A stretch of DNA of 32,000 nt. Source: a bacterium. Lineage in GTDB: Bacteria > UBP7 > UBA6624 > JBBIMK01. The DNA lies in NCBI GenBank assembly GCA_037444445.1, contig JBBIMK010000006.1:30001-62000 (forward strand), written 5' to 3'. Each line of letters opens with the position of its first letter. Within the stretch, counting starts at the first letter, position 1. A program made the position numbers and the translations under genes. Positions 22,635 through 30,204 of the stretch are shown here, one piece after another. The notes under the pieces are model-generated. The model searched no databases. It was not told the DNA's origin and worked only from the letters and a program-made list of their open reading frames with translations.

Positions 22635-25600
22635 ATGTGGAATGTAGTGAGTAAAAAGGGTGAACACTCTATAAAAAAATACTTATATCTCCTGGGGCTG
22701 GTGTGGGCTTTTCTCGTCCTGGCCGATGGGGAAGAAAATCTTGGTTCAGATTGTGGGAACTTGATACGGGTACATGGAAATTATGTGTTTTTTGCAGAGC
22801 TCACGAGATGGGAAATTTTTGATGTTCAAAACCCTCGGAAGCCAGTTCGCCTCGCTATAGTTCCTCTTCCATCTACTTCGGGAAAATTTTGCATCTTCGG
22901 TAACCACGCCTATTTCTACGACAGCAAGAATCACCAACTCCTCATTTACGATGTGAGCCAGCCAGACCAGCCAGAGAAGGTGGGAACGATAGGCGGAATC
23001 AATGAGCGGGTAAAGGAACTCACCGGAATAGCAGGGAATTCTGCTCTCATCTATGGGACGTTCACGGACTCAACGACCGGGTTTATATCTACCGGTATAT
23101 TTCTGTTTGATATTAGCCAGCCTGCATCTCCAAAAGTGGTAGGAAAGTTGGAAGAAAGATTTCAATATGCATCCACCTTTGTCGCTGGAAAACACTTCTA
23201 CTTAGCTTTGAGTGGGGAAACAGGGGGAGGAGCCGGGGTATGGTTTTATGATATTTCCAACCCTGCGGAGCCGAGAAAGGTGGGAGGATATTCATTACGA
23301 GGCGCCGGGGAACTTTTCGTCGCTGACGATTACGCTTATATCAGCGCTGGCTGGTTTGATAACACCACCTACCGAGGAGGGCTTTACATCCTGAATATCC
23401 GGAACCCAGCCAACCCTGTGAAAGTAGGCTTCTATGAGTTACAGGAGCGAGCCATACAGATAGATAAAGTAGACTCCTATCTTTACCTGAATGTAATGGG
23501 CGAACTCCACATCCTGGATGTAAGTGACCCGCCTCATCCGAAAGAGGTCAGCCACAACATTCCACTAAAAGGGCTTCAATCCTTCGCTGTAAAAGAAAAT
23601 TATGTCTATGCCATTTATTTCGATGGCTATCATAATGGATTTCATATCTTGGATGTGAGCCATCCCACCAGTCCAGTGGAAATTTATCCACTGCACCAAA
23701 GTCCCTTACCCCGTCACTTTCTGCTTTCTGTGAAAGGGATGAGGAATGGAAATCTCATCAGTCAGCCAGCAGGAATGGATTGCCCACCTCACTGCTCTGA
23801 AATCTTCCCCGAAGGTAGCGAGGTGAACTTAACTGTAAAGATGGATGAAGGCTGGAGTATTGATTCCTGGATAGGGTGCGACAGCCAGAGTGAAAACAAT
23901 TGCACAGTCAAAGTGAAAGAAAATAGAATCGTTTCAGCGACCTTCAAGTTCACCCTTCAACCACGAGAATTGAATAAAGATGGGGTAAGCCTGACAGACC
24001 CTCGCCGAAGATGGGATGATTACTCCATAACAGTCAGCGGTAATTATGCCTATGTAGCCAGAGGGAATCTGGAGATTTATGATATAAGTAACCCCTACGC
24101 ATCCAGAAAAATTGCCACTTTTCTTACCCCCGGAGATGCAGAAGATATAGTTGTGTCCGAACAATTCGCCTATGTGGCAGATGGTCCGAAGGGATTGCGG
24201 ATTGTTGATGTGCTTCAGCCCCACCAGCCGAAGGGGGTAGGTTATTTCCAGACTCCGGGGTGGGCTCAAAATGTCTTTGTGAACTATCCCTATGCCTATG
24301 TGTCCACCACACAGGCTGGCTTGAGGATTCTTGATGTGAGTGCTCCCACCCAGCCCAAAGAAGTAGGATTCTTTCGGGATATTCCGTGGATAAATGAAGT
24401 GGTGGTGGAGGGAAATTTCGCCTATCTGGCTGCCGGCGCCGCTGGCGTTCACATCCTGGACATTTCCAACCCCAATAACCCGGTGAGGGCAGGATTCCTG
24501 GATATACCGGGCGGTGCCAACGGAATTTTCATCTCCGGCTCTTACGCCTATGTAGCAGGTGGAACAGAAGGTGGCTTTCGTGTTATTGACATTAGCAGTC
24601 CTTCCAGCCCCAGAGAAATCAGTTATCTTTATACTGCCGGTGAGGCTTACAAAGTGTTTGTCTCTGCAAATCAGGCTTTTGTGACGGATGGAGAAGGGAT
24701 ATGGGTAATAGACATCAGCGACCCGAATAATCCAATAGAAATGGGATTCGTGGGTGCATCCGGAAAGGAATGGGATGTTTGGGCTTCCGATGGCCGTGCC
24801 TATGTAGTAGATGAAGAAAGAGGAGTTCAAACCATACACTTGAGCCAGTTGATTCGGCTTGAGGAAGTCGGAACTTACCCAGCGCCAGGAGAAGATATGC
24901 GAGTGTTCGTTTCCCGTGGTTATGCCTATGTAGCCGACCGCACCAGAGGGCTTCGGATTCTGGATGTGAACAATCCTACACATCCCAGAGAAGTGGCTTC
25001 CTATACTCCACCGGTCGGAATCCAGAAAGTATTCGTAGCCGGGGAATATGCCTGTGTGTCCACGACGGAAGAAATTAGGATTCTAAATGTCAGTAACCCG
25101 TTAAAGCCTGTAGAGGAAGGTTGGATTCCCGGGCGCCCCCTGGAACTATTCATCGCTGGAAACTTTCTCTATTCTGCGGGAGACAGGAGGGTATTTATCT
25201 ACGATATTCGGAACCCCAAAAACCCCGTATTGACAGGATATTACGATGCACCCGGATTCGTCCAGAATGTGTTTGTCACCGAAAGATATCTTTATGTGGC
25301 AACTTCTGATGCCGGCCTCCTAATTTTGGATATTTCCGACCCCCTCAATCCCGTAGAAGTTGGGGCTTACACGAAGGGAGGTGGAGCGATTAGCGTCTTC
25401 GTCTCCGGTTCTTACGCCTATGTGAGCACCGCCGGCGGGACCCGCATTCTCAATGTCCGCAACCCGGCCGCACCAACCGAAATGGCGATATTTTCGCCCA
25501 CTGGAATGAGATTTCTTTCCGAGAAGTATGCCCTGGGGTATACAACAGCGCCCTATCTCTATCGTAAACTGGGACCCTTTCTTATAGACCTCCAAAATCC

Positions 25601-27431
25601 CGCTTTTCCTGTGCAGGTGGGACGATTTCCAGAGGCAGATTTTCCCTTCACAGATTTTTTTCTATCTGACGAGACTTTGTATGCAGTGGGTCCTCGCAGT
25701 GGCTTGCACATTTATCAGATGACTCCGGCTCTTTCAGCGTCACAAGAGGAAAAAGTAAAGGCTTCAGAAAAAGCCCCAGCAGAAGGGTTCTCCATCCCAC
25801 CCCAACGCTTTCAGTTGACGGTAGAAATCACGGGGAAAGGAACCGTTACCAGCACACCCAAGGGTATCCGGTGCGGGACTACCTGCTCCGCCCCATTTCC
25901 AGTAGATTCTACGGTAACTCTGAATGCCACGCCAGAAAAAGGCTGGGCATTTTCCCGCTGGGTAGGATGCGACATCTCTCAGGAGAACCAGTGTTCCATC
26001 ACCCTGAATTTTAACCGCACTGTGAATGTGGATTTCATTTCCCTGGATTCCTGGAGCAAAATTTATGCTCCGGCTTATATCCGCACCATTCATCCCACTC
26101 CGGATGGAGGATATATCGGTGCAAGTGGAGGCTGGGCTTTCAAATTCAGCTCTCAGGGGAATCTGGAGTGGCAAAGGGCTTTCACCTTCACTGATAACTC
26201 TCGCTCTTTCTGGTTCAATTCCACTATGCCAGCAAAGGATGGTGGATATATCCTGGGCGGAGGCGCACAAATTAGTGAAAAGAGGGGAAACGATTTGGTG
26301 ACCGTCCGTTCTGACGCCTGGGTAGTGAAACTGAATTCTAAACTTCAGGTGGAATGGCAAAAGGCTTATGGCAACACGGTTAACAGTGAGGTAAAATCCA
26401 TCATGCCCGCCAGTGATGGTGGGTTCATCGCCGTGGGAAGTATCGGGAATCCGAGATTTTTAACAGATTCCCCCTGGATATTCAAATTGGATGCCCGGGG
26501 AAACATAATCCAGCAAAGGTCCTTTGAAAACGCTCTATTTGTTAAAGCCTTCAACATTCAAGAAACTCCGGATGGCGGTTATATCACAGCACTCAGCAAT
26601 GGCACGGTCATAAAAATGGATTCCCAACTCAAAGAAATCTGGCAGAAAAAATTCTGGATTCAAGAGCAGGATACCTACCGTTTTCATTCCATACTTCTGG
26701 CGAAAGATAATGGATTTCTGGTGGTGGGTGACACTACCGGCTGGAACCCCAGCAATACGGATTTCTTCCTCCTGAAACTGGATGCCACCGGGAATATGGT
26801 ATGGAGCAAAGCCTATGACCTTCAGTGGCGCGACCGAATACGCTCCATTGCCCGAACCCTGGAAGGTGGATATATTGTGGCAGGAACCTCGGAACCACCT
26901 TCAGCGGGATTGGAAGAAGAGGAAATCTTCCCATCCAATCATATCTCCAGTAAATACTTTGCCACCATCTGGGTGGTGAGGCTGGATGAGGAAGGCAATA
27001 TCCTGTGGCAAAAAACTTACTCCAGTCCTTCAGGAAATCAATTGTATGGAATTCATCCCACCGGGGATGGAGGTTTTCTCTTAGCCCTGCAGAGTTTTGT
27101 TATCACCCGCCCGGACCCGGAGTTGAGCCAGCCAGCGATATGGCTTTTGAAACTGGACGCCCAGGGCGATATAGCCTCTTGCGACCTGCCAGGCCTGGGG
27201 CAGGTTGCTTCTGGCAGGGTGAGAACTTTACAAGTTTCACCCGAAGAACTGAATCAACCTCCCTTCTCTCCCCTCACCCTAAAGACCACTTCCTTGAAAG
27301 TTAGAGATACCGAGGCTATTGTCCAACCGGCGGGTTATGTCAAACTTTTCACTGACCGTTGCGTCCCCGACCCGGAATTCTATAAAATTTTCCCTCTCTT
27401 GCAGACATCTCCTGAACTCGGCTTCTATTAA
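22635..27431 (+). CDS. giant secreted/cell-surface multi-propeller protein: 7 + 14 LVIVD-type repeats, two InlB-B-repeat-like domains, and 7 DGGY-type repeats
   Basis: The signal/anchor is KKYLYLLGLVWAFLVLADG. There are 21 repeats of the type G.A..VFV.G.YAYVA...GLRILDVS.P..P.EVG with a period of about 42 aa. Details are in the sub-features. Residue numbers here use the ORF-track numbering from 22602. I prefer ATG 22635 as the start. Confidence 0.85.
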   Translation: MWNVVSKKGEHSIKKYLYLLGLVWAFLVLADGEENLGSDCGNLIRVHGNYVFFAELTRWEIFDVQNPRKPVRLAIVPLPSTSGKFCIFGNHAYFYDSKNHQLLIYDVSQPDQPEKVGTIGGINERVKELTGIAGNSALIYGTFTDSTTGFISTGIFLFDISQPASPKVVGKLEERFQYASTFVAGKHFYLALSGETGGGAGVWFYDISNPAEPRKVGGYSLRGAGELFVADDYAYISAGWFDNTTYRGGLYILNIRNPANPVKVGFYELQERAIQIDKVDSYLYLNVMGELHILDVSDPPHPKEVSHNIPLKGLQSFAVKENYVYAIYFDGYHNGFHILDVSHPTSPVEIYPLHQSPLPRHFLLSVKGMRNGNLISQPAGMDCPPHCSEIFPEGSEVNLTVKMDEGWSIDSWIGCDSQSENNCTVKVKENRIVSATFKFTLQPRELNKDGVSLTDPRRRWDDYSITVSGNYAYVARGNLEIYDISNPYASRKIATFLTPGDAEDIVVSEQFAYVADGPKGLRIVDVLQPHQPKGVGYFQTPGWAQNVFVNYPYAYVSTTQAGLRILDVSAPTQPKEVGFFRDIPWINEVVVEGNFAYLAAGAAGVHILDISNPNNPVRAGFLDIPGGANGIFISGSYAYVAGGTEGGFRVIDISSPSSPREISYLYTAGEAYKVFVSANQAFVTDGEGIWVIDISDPNNPIEMGFVGASGKEWDVWASDGRAYVVDEERGVQTIHLSQLIRLEEVGTYPAPGEDMRVFVSRGYAYVADRTRGLRILDVNNPTHPREVASYTPPVGIQKVFVAGEYACVSTTEEIRILNVSNPLKPVEEGWIPGRPLELFIAGNFLYSAGDRRVFIYDIRNPKNPVLTGYYDAPGFVQNVFVTERYLYVATSDAGLLILDISDPLNPVEVGAYTKGGGAISVFVSGSYAYVSTAGGTRILNVRNPAAPTEMAIFSPTGMRFLSEKYALGYTTAPYLYRKLGPFLIDLQNPAFPVQVGRFPEADFPFTDFFLSDETLYAVGPRSGLHIYQMTPALSASQEEKVKASEKAPAEGFSIPPQRFQLTVEITGKGTVTSTPKGIRCGTTCSAPFPVDSTVTLNATPEKGWAFSRWVGCDISQENQCSITLNFNRTVNVDFISLDSWSKIYAPAYIRTIHPTPDGGYIGASGGWAFKFSSQGNLEWQRAFTFTDNSRSFWFNSTMPAKDGGYILGGGAQISEKRGNDLVTVRSDAWVVKLNSKLQVEWQKAYGNTVNSEVKSIMPASDGGFIAVGSIGNPRFLTDSPWIFKLDARGNIIQQRSFENALFVKAFNIQETPDGGYITALSNGTVIKMDSQLKEIWQKKFWIQEQDTYRFHSILLAKDNGFLVVGDTTGWNPSNTDFFLLKLDATGNMVWSKAYDLQWRDRIRSIARTLEGGYIVAGTSEPPSAGLEEEEIFPSNHISSKYFATIWVVRLDEEGNILWQKTYSSPSGNQLYGIHPTGDGGFLLALQSFVITRPDPELSQPAIWLLKLDAQGDIASCDLPGLGQVASGRVRTLQVSPEELNQPPFSPLTLKTTSLKVRDTEAIVQPAGYVKLFTDRCVPDPEFYKIFPLLQTSPELGFY
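22764..23687 (+). repeat. LVIVD-type repeat block A: 7 repeats (one predicted 7-bladed propeller)
   Basis: The seven core motifs are WEIFDVQNPRKP, LLIYDVSQPDQP, IFLFDISQPASP, VWFYDISNPAEP, LYILNIRNPANP, LHILDVSDPPHP and FHILDVSHPTSP. Confidence 0.75.
23715..23948 (+). other. Cys-containing beta-sandwich-like domain 1 (divergent InlB B-repeat-like)
   Basis: The sequence is LLSVKGMRNGNLISQPAGMDCPPHCSEIFPEGSEVNLTVKMDEGWSIDSWIGCDSQSENNCTVKVKENRIVSATF. It fits the pattern G.V.S.P.GI.C...C...F..G..V.L.A.P..GW.F..W.GC......C.V.....R.V.A.F as I recall it. Confidence 0.5.
24015..25721 (+). repeat. LVIVD-type repeat block B: 14 repeats (two predicted 7-bladed propellers)
   Basis: The fourteen cores are LEIYDISNP, LRIVDVLQP, LRILDVSAP, VHILDISNP, FRVIDISSP, IWVIDISDP, VQTIHLSQL, LRILDVNNP, IRILNVSNP, VFIYDIRNP, LLILDISDP, TRILNVRNP, FLIDLQNP and LHIYQM. 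They start at about aa 489, 531, 573, 615, 658, 699, 741, 783, 824, 863, 905, 946, 991 and 1034. Confidence 0.8.
25806..26039 (+). other. Cys-containing beta-sandwich-like domain 2 (divergent InlB B-repeat-like)
   Basis: The sequence is FQLTVEITGKGTVTSTPKGIRCGTTCSAPFPVDSTVTLNATPEKGWAFSRWVGCDISQENQCSITLNFNRTVNVDF. It has the same four-Cys pattern as domain 1. Confidence 0.55.
26079..27182 (+). repeat. 7 x roughly 45-65 aa DGGY-type repeats (a predicted fourth 7-bladed propeller of a different family)
   Basis: The seven repeats are:
1. PDGGYIGASGGWAFKFSSQGNLEWQRAF
2. KDGGYILGG...AWVVKLNSKLQVEWQKAY
3. SDGGFIAVGS...PWIFKLDARGNIIQQRSF
4. PDGGYITALSNGTVIKMDSQLKEIWQKKF
5. KDNGFLVVGDT...FFLLKLDATGNMVWSKAY
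6. LEGGYIVAGTS...IWVVRLDEEGNILWQKTY
7. GDGGFLLALQS...IWLLKLDAQGDIASCDL. Confidence 0.7.
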
Positions 27432-27512
27432 CCTGCGCCCCATGACAAAACAGCAATGAACACGGTGGAGGAGATGAGCATGAATGAAAACGTGAGAAAA
27501 AGGAGGTAAAGT

Positions 27513-29462
27513 ATGATTCTACAAAAATTCCCCGGGGGAGTCCTTTCTATCCTGATTCTCTGGTTGTGTTTCCTTCCAATCACCGGTGACGAACCACCTG
27601 GCATCATTCAAGAAAGTTACTCTGGATTCTATATGAAGAACGCTGACCCGGCATTTGATGTTGTGGTGCGAGGTAATTATGCCTATGTGGCAAGTGCAGG
27701 GCTCAAAATCCTGGATGTAACTCACCCTTCTTCCCCTGAGGTGGTGGGCTTTCTTCCTTCTCCTCACAAAACCCTTCTCACCCGTCTCTTCCTTGCCCAT
27801 CCCTTCATCTATATGAACGATGGGAAAAATCTCTCTATTGGGGATGTGAGCGACCCAAAACAGCCCAAGTTATTAGGCTCCTTCACCTCCCCCAATTCAG
27901 TGGTGGACCTGGCGATTTCAGACCCCTATGTCTTCCTGGCGGAAGGGGAAAAGGGAATCCGCATCCTGAACATCACCAACCCCTCTGATCCTAAAGAAAT
28001 CCATGTCAATCCCATCCACGCCGATGCCCTCTTCTCCTCCGGAAAATATCTCTTTGTAGCAGACCGAATCCGGGGGCTATCCATTCTGGACATCTCCACC
28101 CCCACACAACCCAAGGAAGTGGGATTCCATCGTGGATTCCCAGGAGCAGACAGTGTCTTTGTTTCAGGTGAGAACGCATTCCTCTCCCAGAGTGGTTATA
28201 AACTCCTGATATTAAATGTGAAGAACCCCGTAAATCCCACGGTGTTGTGGGAAGAAGAAAAAACCTCACTTGAGGACACGGGGTCCGTTCAGGCTGTCTC
28301 GGGTAAGTATGTGTATACCCACACACGCAGTGGATTTCGCATCCTCCAATGGAGTAAAACTTCAGAACAGCCTGTGGAAATGGCAAATTATAGCGTAGAC
28401 CATTCGGAGCATTTGTTTGTCTCCGGTTCCTACTTATATCTGGCTACAGGAATGCAAGGGTTACGCATCTTTGACATCAGCCAGCCATCTAAACCCCGAC
28501 ATATGAGCGGTGCAGACCCGGGTTGGGTCAAGGAAGTCCTCCTCGTGGGTGATTTTGCTTTTATCACAAACGGCCATTACATCCATATCCTCCGCGTGGC
28601 ACAACCCTCTGACCCAAAGGAGGTAGGGCGAATTGATTTGAACCCACCGAGCCCATACTCCTACGGTCTTGGAAGCGCCATAGCCCAGGATATTTCTTTC
28701 TCTAACCCTTACCTTCTCAGCACCAGTATCAGCGGCATGGGTAGCAGTAGTCTGGCCATCCACGATGTCAGTAATATCGCAAAGCCAAAGTTGGTGGGGA
28801 AACTTGAATCTTTAGGGATGGCCTCTGCTCTCTCCATCTCCGGAAATTATGCCTACATTCTGGATGAAACTCCCCTCGTGATTGTAGACATCTCCGACCC
28901 TTCCAAGCCGAAAAAAGTGGGAGAGTATCGCAGGATACCTTCGGCGTTGTTTCTCAACGCTGGCATTGATGTGTCGGAAGATTATGCCTATTTGCTCCAG
29001 GATAAACTCCTGATTCTGAATGTGAGCAAGCCTTCTATGCCCAGAGAAGTAGGAACTTATCCTACCTATGGAAACGGCATTTTTGTCTCCGGGCCCTATG
29101 TCTTTGTGGCAGGGGGTTTCAAAGGGTTGACCATCCTGGATGTGAGCAACCCTCAACTCATTTCAGAAGTGGCATCCTATGCCACACCATCCGGGTTACC
29201 CAACAATGTTTTTGTTACAGCAGGATATGCGTATGTGGCGGATGGAGAAAAAGGCGGGCTTCGGATTTTTGATGTGAGCCACCCATCAAAGCCCGAAGAA
29301 GTGGGATATGTGGATACTCCCGGGGAGGCGTGGAGTGTGTTTGTGAAAGGGAAATTCGCCTATGTGGCCGATGGGGGCGGGCTCCGCATCTACGATGTCC
29401 AAAACCCCACTAAACCCGTTGAAGTAGGCTACTGGCACGCCCCACCGGTGCAAGTCTGGTAA
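27513..29462 (+). CDS. secreted LVIVD-repeat beta-propeller protein (14 repeats)
   Basis: AAGGAGGT lies 5 nt upstream of the ATG. The signal peptide is GGVLSILILWLCFLPITG. There are 14 repeats, including a literal PLVIVDISDPSKPKKVG. I saw no terminator in the 81-nt gap after the upstream giant gene, so the two are probably co-transcribed. Confidence 0.85.
   Translation: MILQKFPGGVLSILILWLCFLPITGDEPPGIIQESYSGFYMKNADPAFDVVVRGNYAYVASAGLKILDVTHPSSPEVVGFLPSPHKTLLTRLFLAHPFIYMNDGKNLSIGDVSDPKQPKLLGSFTSPNSVVDLAISDPYVFLAEGEKGIRILNITNPSDPKEIHVNPIHADALFSSGKYLFVADRIRGLSILDISTPTQPKEVGFHRGFPGADSVFVSGENAFLSQSGYKLLILNVKNPVNPTVLWEEEKTSLEDTGSVQAVSGKYVYTHTRSGFRILQWSKTSEQPVEMANYSVDHSEHLFVSGSYLYLATGMQGLRIFDISQPSKPRHMSGADPGWVKEVLLVGDFAFITNGHYIHILRVAQPSDPKEVGRIDLNPPSPYSYGLGSAIAQDISFSNPYLLSTSISGMGSSSLAIHDVSNIAKPKLVGKLESLGMASALSISGNYAYILDETPLVIVDISDPSKPKKVGEYRRIPSALFLNAGIDVSEDYAYLLQDKLLILNVSKPSMPREVGTYPTYGNGIFVSGPYVFVAGGFKGLTILDVSNPQLISEVASYATPSGLPNNVFVTAGYAYVADGEKGGLRIFDVSHPSKPEEVGYVDTPGEAWSVFVKGKFAYVADGGGLRIYDVQNPTKPVEVGYWHAPPVQVW
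27651..29432 (+). repeat. LVIVD-type repeat block: 14 repeats (two predicted 7-bladed propellers)
   Basis: The fourteen cores are LKILDVTHP, LSIGDVSDP, IRILNITNP, LSILDISTP, LLILNVKNP, FRILQWSKT, LRIFDISQP, IHILRVAQP, LAIHDVSNI, LVIVDISDP, LLILNVSKP, LTILDVSNP, LRIFDVSHP and LRIYDVQNP. Confidence 0.8.
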
Positions 29463-29646
29463 TCCCTGCTCTCTCTTACTCCTGCCCTCAGGGTAAACCA
29501 CGCAGGTTGGGCTTTACCTATCTGGCTTAAATTCGTTTAAAATCTGGCATTGCGTATTTTGAACTTCATACCCTCCAGTCTCCCCTGAAAAAACACCCAT
29601 TTCCTCACTGCTCACGCAAGCCCTGATTGATGATACGAATTCTGAC

Positions 29647-30204
29647 TCAGTGAAATTCGTTCGCCACCACAAACCAGTTCGCAAACAACTCCTTCTCTAT
29701 CTTTGGATAATCTTTATACCTTCTCCGTATCAAGCCCCAGAATTTATCATTATGCCTTCTTTCACACAGATGGGCAACCTCGTGGAATATCACATACTCT
29801 ATTAAATCATCGGGCAGATACTTCACCCATGTATTGATGGTTAAGTTTTTTTTGTGGCTCAGGCTTGCCCACCTGGTTTTCATTCTCCGGTAGTAAATGC
29901 GATTCAACTTCACACCCAATCTTTTGCACGCCTCCTGGCTTGAAGCATACACAAGGATTCTGAAATCCTCATCTTTTCTGCGTATCACTTGCTTCCTTGA
30001 GGTGCTTTTTATGCACTCCTCTATAAAACCCATCTTCTTCCGAATCCACCGCTTATGCTTCTCTAATATAGGCTCAGGTTTACAGCCGAAGGGTAAAATC
30101 AACACGAGTTCTCCTGTGTTCAATTCAATGCGCGGATATTTCACCGCACGATATAAAACTTTATACGGTATGCTCTCCCATTCCATAAGAATCCAACTTT
30201 TCAC
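29647..30204 (-). CDS. DUF45/YgjP-like zincin (M48-related) metal-dependent hydrolase
   Basis: Matches are RWASLSHKKNLTINTWVKYLP and the HExxH motif VIFHEVAHLCERRHNDKFW. Length is 185 aa. The 5' end overlaps the 3' end of hsdR, by 44 nt from ATG 30204 or 26 nt from ATG 30186. Confidence 0.75.
   Translation of the reverse strand: MKSWILMEWESIPYKVLYRAVKYPRIELNTGELVLILPFGCKPEPILEKHKRWIRKKMGFIEECIKSTSRKQVIRRKDEDFRILVYASSQEACKRLGVKLNRIYYRRMKTRWASLSHKKNLTINTWVKYLPDDLIEYVIFHEVAHLCERRHNDKFWGLIRRRYKDYPKIEKELFANWFVVANEFH

Noticed and set aside
23934-24983. A 349-aa ORF antisense to the giant LVIVD gene. It has its own repeating motif (HIQNP, HIKNP, HINNP ...).
   Set aside because: Its periodicity is simply the mirror image of the sense-strand LVIVD repeats. 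It has no ribosome-binding site or promoter and its composition is odd (rich in H, I, G, C). The sense frame encodes a coherent repeat protein. It is most likely a stop-free antisense frame produced by repeat and codon bias.
24015-25721. Regular ~126-nt DNA periodicity that could superficially suggest a CRISPR or satellite array.
   Set aside because: The units are diverged at the DNA level and in frame, and they translate into a continuous 42-aa protein repeat. There are no identical direct repeats separated by unique spacers.
25764-26360. A 198-aa minus-strand ORF inside the giant gene.
   Set aside because: It is an antisense shadow ORF across the InlB-like domain 2 and the first DGGY repeats. 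It has no motifs or expression signals.
29492-29518. The hairpin GGTAAA-15 nt-TTTACC, considered as a bidirectional terminator between the LVIVD and DUF45 genes.
   Set aside because: The stem is only 6 bp and AT-rich, the loop is 15 nt, and no flanking T or A tract is present. That is too weak to call.
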